Of a stretch of 64,000 bases of DNA, positions 52,516 to 64,000 are shown one piece after another. The position numbers and the translations under genes were made by a program. Position 1 is the stretch's first letter; each line of letters opens with the position of its first letter. The stretch spans positions 126,172,001 through 126,236,000 of the forward strand of contig NC_086097.1 in NCBI RefSeq assembly GCF_963921235.1, in the 5' to 3' direction. The notes under the pieces were generated by a model. The model was not told the origin of the DNA. It was given only the letters and a program-made list of their open reading frames with translations, and ran no database searches. The stretch comes from Mobula hypostoma. Its lineage: Eukaryota.

Positions 52516-53357
52516 ATAATTGAAAAATAAGAGACATCTTGGGAATCAAAGTTGGCGGTGAAAACATCAATAATTTCAGATAGGTGGATGACCTTGTGTT
52601 AATTATAAGTGCGGAGGAAGAACTACAAAACTTAATTGATATAGTTGTTGAGGAAAGTGCAAAAATGGGTCTATCTATCAATTGCAAAAAGACAGAATGT
52701 ATGGTGATATCCAAAAAGAAGGAGAATCCTATCTGCAGGCTGAAAATAAACGGGAAAGACATAAAACAAGTACAGAACTTTTGCTACTTTGGAAGCTGGG
52801 TGACATCAGATGGCAGGTGCGACATGGACATCAGAAGAAGAATAGGGATGGCAAAAGACACCTTTACGAAAATGAGGAGTATACTGACCAGCACTAAACT
52901 AGGCATGGCAACCCGCCTCGGAGTACTGAAATGTTACGTTTATCCGGTTATGTTATATGGATCAGAATGTTGGACAATATCTAGTAACATGAGGAAATGA
53001 ATTGAAACAGCAGAGATGTGGTTTTTGAGGAGGATGCAAAGAATATCATGGACGAAACGAATATCTAATGAGGATGTCAGAACAGAGCAAACACAAAAAG
53101 AGAAATAATGTATGAGATCATGAAAAGGCAACGTAACTTCATTGGATATGTGATTAGGAAAGAGGAATTAGAATACACGGTAATTATGGGAAAGATTGAA
53201 GGGAAGAAAGCAAAAGGAAGGCTAAGTCAAATGATGATGGAGACAGCAGCTAGAGAATTGGAAATGAATACCAATGACTTGATCCACTTGACCCAAAACA
53301 GGAGTGTGTGGGCCATGGCAGTCAAAGCTCAAACTGGGCATGACACATGATGATGAT
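52516..53357 (+). mobile_element. 5'-truncated RTE LINE (same family as 26400-26783)
   Basis: DDLVLI, GLSINCKKTECM, YVYPVMLYGSECW; (GAT)n tail; 10-bp TSD agttgaatga at 52506-52515 and 53358-53367. Confidence 0.92.
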
Positions 53358-53578
53358 AGTTGAATGACCGTAAACTTGAACTTGTAGAGGACAAGAGACC
53401 TCCTCCATGTTTGTCTCTGTTTGATTCATTTCACTGATTAATTATGCCTTTTAAACCTTAGCCTAAAGTTTTTCCTGGTGTAAAACCAGAATAGAAGAAA
53501 TGAGGTGAAACATGGCACTGAAAAGACCCATAGAGAACAGATCTTATACTGCATTTAGGAACTGGAGGTGTGCAAATA

Positions 53579-54402
53579 CAGTGGATTCCAGTTGATTGGG
53601 ACACATTGGGACCAGTACATTTGGGTCCAATTAAGCGGCTGCCCCAATTAGCTGAACTTTCATGGAAATAGTTAGAAAGGTATATCTTAAAAAAAAGACA
53701 AACTACAGTTTAACTGAATAAAGATTCTGTATTTAAAGAAATACAGAACAGATTAGAACATTATCAATCCTACTGTAGTACTATAAATCTGTGTATTAGT
53801 TCACAATAGTTATCAACAGGAACTCATCCAGTGTACGCAGCCATGTTCTTTTGATTAACTGTAAATGAACAAAATTAGTGCAGACATCCAGTGCAGAAAA
53901 TGGACTGCCTTCATACGATGCTTTCGACAATTACATTTTCCAAATCTTCATTTTTATTGTATCATTCAAGGTGATTGCTGATAACTTCAAATTCTTCATA
54001 ATTCCTGACTTTCATTTTCACTCACAGGCCTTTCTGGCATCTCCAAGCCTGTGTGCTTGAAACTGCAAAGAGCAAACAGTTCTGAATTGTCTTACTGTTT
54101 GTCTTGCCAGTTATCAGTGACAAAAATCACTGCATTTTGAACAGAAACACATACAATTGATGCTATTTTAAAACTGTTTCCTCTAGGCACAGTGTGGTGT
54201 CTAACAGCCATAGAGATGCATGTGACTGACACCTGCAAAAAAACTGTTCAGCAACAGTCTCCTGTACCAATTAAACAACATAGTGTCCCAAATAAATGAA
54301 GGGAATTCCTGCTACTTTCTCAATTTAGTTTTAGTTTTTTGAGTTGACCCCAACAAACAGCTACCCCGATTAACTGATAGCCCAGTTAATTGGAATCCAC
54401 TG
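53579..54402. mobile_element. Tigger/pogo-type MITE (824 bp)
   Basis: TA|CAGTGGATTCCAGTTGATTGGG...CCCAGTTAATTGGAATCCACTG|TA. Confidence 0.88.
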
Positions 54403-54752
54403 TACAGGGTATATTAAGTATATTCACAGCAAATAATATAAATTCAAGGGATGTCTTTGAAAAAGCAGTTGAATGTTATTAAATGAGAGCCTTAGAGAAA
54501 CATGGCACTAATGGGCTTTTCCAATCCTTTTGTTTGTCCTTGCTAATTTGGACATTCGTTCTTTTGCTAATGCTCTGGGTAAATCCAATAACCACCACGC
54601 CCCCCACCAAAAGTTTTAATTAAGTATTATAGCAATGGAATCTGTCTTGAAACGGTTGATTTCATGAATTATGCAAAGTAAATTTGGCATTTTCAGATGT
54701 CCATTTATTTTCAAGTAAATAAACCATTAATTAATTGTTTGCAAATTTGCAG

Positions 54753-54844
54753 CAAGTATCACAGATTGACAATGATCTAAAAGCAAGAGCATCAGCATAC
54801 AACAATCTAAAAGGAAACTTGCAGAATCTAGAGAGGAAGAACGT
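54753..54844 (+). CDS. ATP6V1C1: ATP6V1C1 exon 6 (92 nt)
   Basis: ttgcag| [30 protein letters not shown]+GT |gtaagt. Confidence 0.97.
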
Positions 54845-55081
54845 GTAAGTTACCTTTTAATATATTATCCATATTATAGCTGGACATGAAATACTTATCA
54901 CTTGCCATGTAATTTACAATTTTGAGTTTTTTTTCAATTCTCTCACTTTTGGTTTCAAACCTAGCCCTTCAAATTTCAGTAAATGGATCTTAGAATTATT
55001 TCAATGGATGATAGATGGATTTTGCCGGGGGAAATGCGTATTTAATTTGTATTGCCATGTGGTTCATGTGGTCATTTGTAG

Positions 55082-55180
55082 TGGAAGTTTGATGACAAGA
55101 AGCCTAGCTGATATTGTGAAGAAGGACGACTTCGTAATGGACTCTGATTATCTTACTACTTTGTTGGTAGTTGTGCCCAA
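55082..55180 (+). CDS. ATP6V1C1: ATP6V1C1 exon 7 (99 nt); gene continues beyond the window
   Basis: tttgtag| (V)[32 protein letters not shown]+AA |gtaagt. Confidence 0.97.
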
Positions 55181-57400
55181 GTAAGTAACTTTCAAATATA
55201 TTTTTAAATTTAATAAGTTTAAATTGCATACTTCATTAGCATTGATTACTCTTCATGCCAGGGTGCAGTGATTGGGAAAGAAACAAATATTGATAATAAC
55301 TGAAAAATCAGAATGAGCATATTGATTTTGGTGGTTTTTCTTAATCAAAAAAAATCTAAGGCCTCCCAAGTGCAGAAGAGCTTTTGCTTGATTTCTTTTA
55401 ACCTAGGATAGCTGCTGCCCATTAGCTACAGCATGAGGTTGACAAAGCAAGATTCTGTGGCAAGGAGATTCAGATACAGATTTATTTATCACATGTACAA
55501 TGAAACAAACAGTGAAATGTTTCATTTGCATTAACAAGTAACACACCCAAGGATGTGCTAGGGGATACCCGCAAATGAGGCCATTCATACTGACGCCAGC
55601 ATAGCATAAAAGTAATATTACAATGCTCGGCAGAACAGCACATAATGTAGCACAACGGAACTTAGCAAGGGACAAAGCAACAACAGCAAAACAGCCCCAT
55701 TCCTCCCTGTCACTCACCCATGCACATACAGCCCTCTAACCCTAGGAAAGGCCTTGTTCAAACTCAGGCTTCCAGCGGACTTGTAATTCCAGACGTGGAC
55801 TTGGCATGCATGTGTATCTACGTGGACACGCATACTGAGAGATGCATATGATATGCATATTTGTCCATACCCAATTCCATTATGGCTTTTTCCTTTCAAA
55901 CCCCTCCCTCCACCCTTCTCCCAACTTTGCAGCTGTCCACTGCCTGCATTTTCCCATAGTGAGGTCACCTTCAATAACCCATGCCCATATTCACAGAGGT
56001 TGTGTTTCCCGAAGACTATTGGCCAAGTCTAGCCCCACTTTGAATCTTCAGCTGCTCCCTTGGTGTGCCTGATGTTGACAGTTCAGTGTTCTGGTGTCTT
56101 GCAAATTGGTTGGAGGGTCCCAGGATAATTTCTTATTTGGAGGATGTGAATTCAACCACTTTTCACCATCACTGGCCATTTCAAATGCCCAGAAACCCAC
56201 TGTGCATCTTTCACCTGAACTTGTGGGCTGCCCCAGCACATCCTCAGATGTGTTGGTTGTTAATGTAAATGATGCATTTCACTATGTTTCAGTGTACAGT
56301 ACATGTGATATAAATCCAAATGTGCCTGGACTTTAGCTTCTGAACCATTGTACAATCACACATTCTTAATTTGAGTTTAGACAATTGATGAGGAATAGAA
56401 GGTAGGCTAAATGATGCAACAAAATTTTATATAGGATATATTGGAACACATTGAAATTTGCATACTCAAACCTTTGAAGGTGGCAGATAATATTTAAGCT
56501 GTTAATCTAAGTACTACAGATGTCTGGAAATCTGGATGAAAATAGATAATTCTAGAGCAACCAACAAAATACGGGAGGAATTCAGCATCTGGAGGGAAAC
56601 AGACAGCTGACGTTTTGGGTTGAGAAACCTTTTTGGGACTGGAGAGAAGAGTGGGGAAGGAGGGGATGGAACGAGAGCTGGTGGATGATGGGCGAATCGA
56701 TGGGAGAGGAGGAAGATGGGCAGGTAGGCGAGGGAGGAGTGTGAATGGTGTATGAACCTTGGAGACAGGTGGAAATGACAAACAGTTGAAGAAGATGGAA
56801 CTTAATAGAGGAGAATGGACCATGGAATAAAGGGTAGGAAATGTGAGGATGGGAGATGAGGGAGGAATGTGTAGATAGTTGCCAAATTGAGAGAGCGGGC
56901 TGGGGAAAGAGAACAAAAGGATTGGGGGGTTCAACTGAGGGGAGTGGTTACGAGAAATTGGAAAAATCAATGTTAATGCCATCAGGTTGGAGACGGCCAA
57001 GATGGAATATGAGATGCTGTTTTTCTCATCTGTGTCTGGCCTCAACTTGGAAGTAGTGGAGGTAATTGAAAATAGCTGGTTTCTTGGGAGATCTTATCTG
57101 CTACAGCCGATGGAGTAAAGATGCCTCCCCACCCCCTCCCCCAATCTGTGTCATCTCCCCAATGTCACAGATAGATTCACAATTGGAGTATTAGCTCACC
57201 TGGAAAAACTGTTTAGGCCATGGATGGTGGAGGGACATATGTGGCACTTAGTGAGGTTGCAGGGATAAAAGGAAGGGGGATCAGTGACAAAGGATGGGTG
57301 GACAAAGGAATTATGGAGAGAGCAATCCCAGTGGGGAGGGGAAGGGCAGATATGACTGGTGATAAGGTTGTATTGGAGATGGTGGAAATTGCAGAGGATA

Positions 57401-57970
57401 CACTCAGTGGCTACTTTATTAGGTACACCTGTGCACTTGCTTGTTAAAGCAACTATCTAATCAGCCAATTGTGTGGCAGCAAGTGGTACAATCAGATGGA
57501 AGTTTTATATAAACCAGAATAGCGTGTAAAAGCATGTAGACATGATCAAAGGGTTCATTTGCTGTTTGGACCAAAAATCAAAATGGGGAAGAAATATGAT
57601 TTGAGTGACTTTGACCATAAAATAATTGTTGGTGCCAGATGAGTTGGTTTGAGTATCTCAGAAACTGCTGATCTCCTGGAATTTCCATGCACAATAATCT
57701 TTAGAGTTTACAGAGAAAGGTGCAAAAAATGTAAATAAAGTGTCCAGTGAGTGGTAGTTCTGCAGGCAATAATGTCTTGTTAATGAGAGAGGTCAGAGGA
57801 GGGTGGCCAAACTGGTTTAAGCAGACAGGAAGGCAACAGTAACTCAAATAACCATGCGTTACAAAGTGGTGTGTAGAAGAGCTTCTTTGAACACGCATGT
57901 TGAACCTTGAGTGGATGGGCTATTGCAGCAGAAGATCATGAGCGTACACTGAGTGTCCACTTTATTAGGT
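57401..57970 (+). mobile_element. Small Tc1-derived non-autonomous element
   Basis: ta|cactcagtggctactttattaggtacacc start; MGKKYDLSDFD...IVGAR remnant. Confidence 0.75.
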
Positions 57971-58340
57971 ACTGGAGGTATGTTGGATGTAGAAGCTTGC
58001 GGTGTGGGTGAAGAAAAGGGAAACTCTATCCCTGTTATGTCTAGTGGGGGATGCAGTGAGGCAGAAGTGCAGGAAATAGATGCAGGTGTTGGCCCCATCA
58101 ATAGAAGTGGGGTGGAACCCCTTTTTCTGTTTTTTTTTTAAAAAGAGCATCTTGAACATTCTGGAATGCAGAGCATCACCATAAGAATAGATGCAGTGGA
58201 TGGGGAGGAACTGGGAGAAGGGAATGACATCCTTGCATGTAACAGGTTGGGAAGAAGAGCATCTTGAACATCTTGGAATGCAAAGCATCATCATAAGAAT
58301 AGATGCAGTGGATGGGGAGGAACTGGGAGAAGGGAATGAT

Positions 58341-60367
58341 CTCCCATCCACTGCTACCAACCTTATAGTTCCCACACCCCGCACTTCCCGTTTCTACCTC
58401 CTACCCAAGATCCACAAACCTGCCTGTCCTGGCCGACCTATTGTCTCAGCTTGCTCCTGCCCCACCAAACTCATTTCTGCATACCTCGACACTGTTTTAT
58501 CACCCCTTGTTCAATCCCTTCCGACCTATGTTCGTGACACTTCTCACGCTCTTAAACTTTCCGATGATTTTAAGTTCCCTGGCCCCCACCGCTTTATTTT
58601 CACCATGGATGTCCAGTCCTTATATACTTCCATCCCCCATCAGGAAGGTCTCAAAGCTCTACGCTTCTTTTTGGATTCCAGACCTAATCAGTTCCCCTCT
58701 ACCACCACTCTGCTCCGTCTAGCGGAATTAGTCCTTACTCTTAATAATTTCTCCTTTGGCTCCTCCCACTTCCTCCAAACTAAAGGTGTAGCTATGGGCA
58801 CCCGTATGGGTCCTAGCTATGCCTGCCTTTTTGTTGGGTTTGTGGAACAATCTATGTTCCGTGCCTATTCTGGTATCTGTCCCCCACTTTTCCTTCGCTA
58901 CATCGACGACTGCATTGGCGCTGCTTCCTGCACGCATGCAGAACTCGTTGACTTTATTAACTTTGCCTCCAACTTTCACCCTGCCCTCAAGTTTACCTGG
59001 TCCATTTCCGACACCTCCCTCCCCTTTCTAGATCTTTCTGTCTCTGTCTCTGGAGACAGCTTATCCACTGATGTCTACTATAAGCCTACTGACTGTCACA
59101 GCTATCTGGACTATTCCTCTTCTCACCCTGTCTCTTGCAAAAACGCCATCGCCTTCTCGCAATTCCTCCGTCTCCGCCGCATCTGCTCTCAGGATGAGGC
59201 TTTTCATTTTAAGACGAGGGAGATGTCTTCCTTTTTAAAAGAAAGGGGCTTCCCTTCCTCCACTATCAACTCTGCTCTTAAATGCATCTCCCCCATTTCA
59301 CGTACATCTGCTCTCACTCCATCCTCCCACCACCCCACGAGGAATAGGGTTCCCCTGGTCCTCACCTACCACCCCACCAGCCTTCGGGTCCAACATATTA
59401 TTCTCCGTAACTTCCGCCACCTCCAACGGGATCCCACCACTAAGCACATCTTTCCCTCCCCATCCTCTCTGCATTCTGCAGGGACTGCTCCCGATACAGC
59501 TCCCTTGTCCATTCGTCCCCCCCATCCCTCCCCACTGATCTCCCTCCTGGCACTTATCCTTGTAAGCAGAACAAGTGCTACACATGCCCTTACACTTCCT
59601 CCCTTACCACCATTCAGGGCCCCAAACAGTCCTTCCAGGTGAGGCATCACTTCACCTGTGAGTCGACTGGGGTGATATACTGCGTCCGGTGCTCCCGATG
59701 TGGCCTTTTATATATTGGTGAGACCCGACGCAGACTGGGAGACCGCTTTGCTGAACATCTATGCTCTGTCCGCCAGAGAAAGCAGGATCTCCCAGTGGCC
59801 ACACATTTTAATTCCACATCCCATTCCCATTCTGACATGTCTATCCACGGCCTCCTCTACTGTAAAGATGAAGCCACACTCAGGTTGGAGGAACAACACC
59901 TTATATTCCGTCTGGGTAGCCTCCAACCTGATGGCATGAACATCGACTTCTCTAACTTCCGCTAAGGCCCCATCTCCCCCTCGTACCCCATCTGTTACTC
60001 ATTTTTATGCACACATTCTTTCTCTCACTCTCCTTTTTCTCCCTCTGTCCCTCTGAATATACCTCTTGCCCATCCTCTGGGTCACCCCCCCCCCTTGTCT
60101 TTCTTCCCGGACCTCCTGTCCCATGATCCTCTCGTATCCCCTTTTGCCTATCACCTGTCCAGCTCTCGGCTCTATCCCTCCCCCTCCTCCTGTCTTCTCC
60201 TATCATTTTGGATCTCCCCCTCCCCCTCCCCCTCCAGCTTTCAAATCCCTTACTCACTCTTCGTTCAGTTAGTCCTGACGAAGGGTCTCGGCCTGAAACG
60301 TCGACTGCACCTCTTCCTACAGATGCTGCTTGGCCTGCTGCGTTCACCAGCAACTTTGATGTATGTT
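58341..60367 (+). mobile_element. Young 5'-truncated Penelope-like element (RT plus GIY-YIG)
   Basis: About 370 open codons of RT (FYLLPKIHK, PGRPIVS, MDVQSLYTSIP, GVAMGTRMGPSYA, LRYIDD); frameshift near 59460; GIY-YIG at 59639-59965; 12-bp TSD gaagggaatgat at 58329-58340 and 60368-60379. Confidence 0.95.
60271..60306 (+). ncRNA. Minimal type I hammerhead ribozyme in Penelope repeat (core intact)
   Basis: AGUC-CUGACGA-AGGGUCUCGGCCU-GAAA-CGUC^GACU: conserved core, stem I AGUC/GACU, loopless palindromic ACGU stem III. Confidence 0.8.
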
Positions 60368-60639
60368 GAAGGGAATGATATCCTTGCATGCAGTGGATGG
60401 GGAGGAACTGGGAGAAGGGAATGATATCCTTGCATGTAACAGGTTGGGAAGAGGTATCGTCAAGTTAACTGTGGGAGTTGATGTGTTTGTTGGAGATGTC
60501 GGTGGATAATCTGTCTCCCAAGATGGAGATAGTAATCAAGAAAAGGGAGAGAGGTGTCTGAGATGACCAAGTGAATTTGAAGGAAGGGTGAAAGTTCATT
60601 GTGAAGTTGATGAAATTGACAAGTCCGCATGAGCAATCT

Positions 60640-60740
60640 CTGGTCCTGATAAAGGGTCTTGGCCCGAAACGTCGACTGTTCTCTTTTCCCTGGATTGCTG
60701 CCTGGCTTCCTCTGTTCCTCCAGCATTTTGTGTGTGTTGT
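60640..60740 (+). mobile_element. Short Penelope repeat relic with mutated hammerhead (CUGAUAA)
   Basis: ggtcctgataaagggtcttggcccgaaacgtcgact. Confidence 0.7.
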
Positions 60741-60789
60741 TTTACTTTCCCTAAATTTTCTCTTCAGGGCCTCCTCGCTTTTCTTACCT

Positions 60790-63190
60790 ATGTAATTGTT
60801 ATCAAGACTTCTAGCTGCTCACCCTTCCTCTTCAGAATGTTGTGGACCAGATCTGAGACTTCCCTGACTCTGGCACCTGGGAGGCAACATACCATCTCAT
60901 AGTCATAGTCATACTTTATTGATCCCAGGGAGAAATTGGTTTTTGTTACAGTTGCACCATAAATAATAAATAGTAATAGAACCATAAATAGTTAAATAGT
61001 AATATGTAAATTATGCCAGTAAATTATGAAATAAGTCCAGGACCAGCCTATCAGCACAGGGTGTCTGACCCTCCAAAGGAGGAGTTGTAAAGTTTGATGG
61101 CCACAGGCGGGAATTACTTCCTATGACGCCCTGTGCTGTATCTCGGTGGAATGAGTCTCTGGCTGAATGTACTCCTGTGCCCAACCAGTACAATATGTAG
61201 TGGATGGGAGACATTGAGCAAGATGGCATGCAACTTTTCAGACACCCCACCGTCAGAGAGTCCAGTTCCATCCCCACAACATCACTGGCCTTACGAATAA
61301 GTTTGTTGATTCTGCTGGTGTCTGCTACCCTCAGCTTGCTGCCCCAGCACACAACAGCAAACATGATAGCACTGGCCACCACAGACTCGTAGAACATCCT
61401 CAGCATCGTCCGGCAGATGTTAAAGGACCTCAGTCTCCTCAGGAAATAGAGATGGTTCTGACTCTTCTTGTAGACAGCCTCAATGTTCTTTGACCAGTCC
61501 AGTTTATTGTCAATACATATCCCCAGGTATCTGTAATCCTCCACCATGTCCATACTGACCCCCTGGATGAAAACAGGGGTCACCGGTACCTTAGCTCTCC
61601 TCAGGTCTACCACCAGCTCCTTAGTCTTTTTCACATTAAGCTGCAGATAATTCTGCTCACACCATGTGACAAAGTTTCCTACAGTAGCCCTGTACTCAAC
61701 CTCATCTCCCTTGCTGATGCATCCAACTATGGCAGAGTCATCCAAAAACTTCTGAAGATGACAAGACTCTGTGCAGTAGTTGAAGTCCGAGGTGTAGATG
61801 GTGAAGAGAAAGGGAGACAAGACAGTCCCCTGTGGAGCCTCAGTGCTGCTGATCACTCTGTCGGACACACAGTATTGCAAGCACACATACTGTGGTCTGC
61901 CAGTCAGGTAATCAAGAATCCATGACACCAGAGGAGCATCCACCTGCATCGTTGTCAGCTTCTCCCCCAGCGGGGCAGGGCGGATGGTGTTGAACGCACT
62001 GGAGAAGTCAAAAAAAAATGACCCTCACAGTGCTCGCTGGCTTGTCCAGGTGGGTGTAGACACGGTTCAGCAGGTAGACGATGGCATCCTCAACTCCTAG
62101 TTGGGGCTGGTAGGCGAACTGGAGGGGATCTAAGTGTGGCCTGATCATAGGCCGGACCAGCTCCAGAACAAGTCTCTCCAGGGTCTTCATGATGTGGGAG
62201 GTCAATGCCACCGATCTCTAGTCATTGAGTCCGCTGTGGCGCGGCATCTTTGGCACAGGGACGAGGCAGGACGTTTTCCACAGTACAGGAACCCTCTGGA
62301 GCCTCAGGCTCAGGTTGAATACATGGTGAAGTCTCCACATAGCTGAGGGGCACAGGCTTTGAGCACCCTGGTACTGACACCATCCGGTCCTGCAGCCTTG
62401 CTTGGGTTGAGATGTTTCAGCTGTCTTCTCACCTGTTCAGCCGTGAAGCTCACCGTGGTGGTTTTGTGTGGGGGAGGGGTATAGTCATGAGAGCAGGGTG
62501 GGGGACTGTGAGGAGGGGTAGGATGGGAGAGTGGAACATGTGTTGATTGGGGGCTGACAACAGATGGCTCATGTGGGGGATGGGCAGGGGTCACAATGTC
62601 AAATCTGTTAAAGAAGGTTAAGTTCGTTGGCCCTGTCCACACTGCCCTCAGCTCCTCTGTTGCTAGTTTGCCGGAATCTAGGTGTCTCTATCAGGTCCAC
62701 AGAATCTTGTATCTACTCTTAACTGTGGAATCCACATCACTACAGTAGTCCTCTTCTCCCTTCTTCCCTCTAAGCCTCAGCATCAGACTCAATGCCAAGA
62801 GACCTGGTTGCTGCAGCTCTTTCTCCTCCCCTCCCCATTACTGAGAGGAACAGCCACAGAGGTACTCTGTACCAGTTGCCCATTTCTCTTCCCTCTCCTG
62901 ACAGTCACCCATTTTCCTGCCTCCTGCAACTTAGGGGTGACTACCTCCCTGTAGCTAATATCTATCACTTTCAGTTTTGCATATGAGCTGATGGTCATTG
63001 AACTGTAGTTCCAGAAAAAATAACTAACACGTTCTCTGAGGAACTGCAGCTTGGTGCACCTGGTCCAAATGTGGAAACTAGGAGGCTGGAGGTCTTCCAG
63101 AATTCCCACATCTCTCATAAAGAACACACTACAGCCCAAGGAGCCATTCTCACTGTTCTAACTATATACTAATAGACAAAGTATGAAGAA
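60790..63190 (-). mobile_element. Degenerate CR1 ORF1 fragment split by a Rex1-like LINE
   Basis: MVCCLPGARVREVSD (60790-60897) resumes at about 62676-63190 (YREVVTP, WVTVRRG). Confidence 0.75.
60898..62675 (-). mobile_element. 5'-truncated Rex1/Babar-like LINE with (GACTAT)n tail
   Basis: KAAGPDGV, ALTSHIMKTLERL, LDPLQFAYQ, PQGTVLSPFLF, KFLDDSAIVG, LNVKKTKELVVD; possible atct TSD. Confidence 0.93.
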
Positions 63191-63550
63191 TAAGAAGAAA
63201 CTTACCAGATATGTACCTAGCCAAAGGCTCTCCATTCTAACACTGGTCCATTCTCACAATGCTGCTCCACTTGTTCTGCCTTCTTTTTATTTGCCTTTGC
63301 TAATGCATGAGTCTTCTTGCACCACCAAGACTGTGCTGCCCTTGTATACTGTGCTTTATAGGATTGCTTTTATATATTTTTTATTTATTGAGGTTTTTGT
63401 ATTCTTTATGCTTATTGCATTTTTTATGCTGCATTGGATCCAGAAGAATCATTTTGTTCTCTTTTACACTTGTACTGAAAAATGACAATAAACAATCCAG
63501 AATCTCGAACGAGCTGAGATTCAAAGAGAGAACTAGATTCCTGATTCTGT

Positions 63551-64000
63551 AAACAACAGGAATTCTGCAGATGCTGGAAATTCAAGCAACAGACATCAAA
63601 GTTGCTGGTTAACGCAGCAGGCTGGGCAGCATCTCTAGGAAGAGGTACAGTCGACGTTTCAGGCCAAGACCCTTCGTCAGGACTAACTGAAGGAAGAATT
63701 AGTAAGAGATTTGAGAGGGGGAGGGGGAGATCCAAAATGATAGGGGAAGACGAGGGGGAGGGATGGAGCCAAGAGCTGGGCAGGTGATTGGCAAAAGGGA
63801 TATGAGAGGATCATGGGACAGGAGGCCTTGGGAGAAAGACAGGGGGGCAGGGGGAACCCAGAGGATGGGCAAGGGGTTTAGTCAGAGGGACAGAGGGAGA
63901 AAAAGGAGAGTGAGAGAAAGAATGTGTGTATAAAAGTAAATAACGGATGGGGTACAAGGGGGAGGTGCGGCTTTAGCGGAAGTTAGAGAAGTTAATGTTC
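63551..64000 (-). mobile_element. Penelope-like element 3' end (runs off the window) with intact hammerhead core at 63649-63684
   Basis: Reverse complement of about 59935-60367; minus strand AGUC-CUGACGA-AGGGUCUUGGCCU-GAAA-CGUC-GACU. Confidence 0.9.

Larger units (their letters stand above)
56545..60640 (-). mobile_element. Old Penelope-like element, fragmented by a Tc1 MITE and a younger Penelope
   Basis: Reverse of the GIY-YIG C-terminus at 56950-57050 (HLIFHLGRLQPDGINIDFSNF); RT remnants at about 57980-58330 and 60368-60635 (ISDTSLPFLD); dead hammerhead near 56605-56642. Confidence 0.75.

Noticed and set aside
12984..55180. Gene could be ATP6V1C2
   Set aside because: [31 protein letters not shown] and [17 protein letters not shown] match my recollection of subunit C1, not C2; BLASTP would confirm.
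56494..57056. 183-aa Pro/Ser-rich ORF
   Set aside because: Low-complexity purine/pyrimidine-skewed Penelope terminal repeat read through by chance.
58191..59642. 483-aa ORF as a host or domesticated RT gene
   Set aside because: Chimeric: the first ~50 codons are antisense flank outside the TSD, the middle is a truncated Penelope RT, and the tail is out of frame after a frameshift.

Overview
Vertebrate nuclear DNA, not a prokaryotic accessory region. The repeat mix (CR1, Rex1, RTE, Penelope, V-domain SINEs, Tc1, pogo) suggests a cartilaginous fish such as a ray, but that is inference. The only host gene I can support is ATP6V1C1 (V-ATPase V1 subunit C1) on the + strand. Six GT-AG coding exons (12984-13115, 16758-16825, 30140-30225, 47274-47368, 54753-54844, 55082-55180) splice in frame to about 190 N-terminal residues, and none appears in the ORF track. 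Exon numbers follow the vertebrate gene as I recall it (non-coding exon 1, start codon in exon 2); exon 1 was not located with confidence and the later exons lie beyond the window. The introns are dense, often nested transposon relics, many with readable target-site duplications (TSDs): two Tc1 copies, two inverted pogo/Tigger-like copies with a long internal hairpin, a near full-length CR1, Rex1-like and RTE LINE pieces, a Gypsy-type solo LTR, Harbinger and hAT non-autonomous elements, and two Penelope-like families carrying minimal hammerhead ribozymes. I found no convincing new protein-coding system. The best leads are RNA-level: intronic hammerheads in the pre-mRNA sense, a structured RTE-derived short element, and an inverted repeat pair around exons whose circle would have no stop codon.
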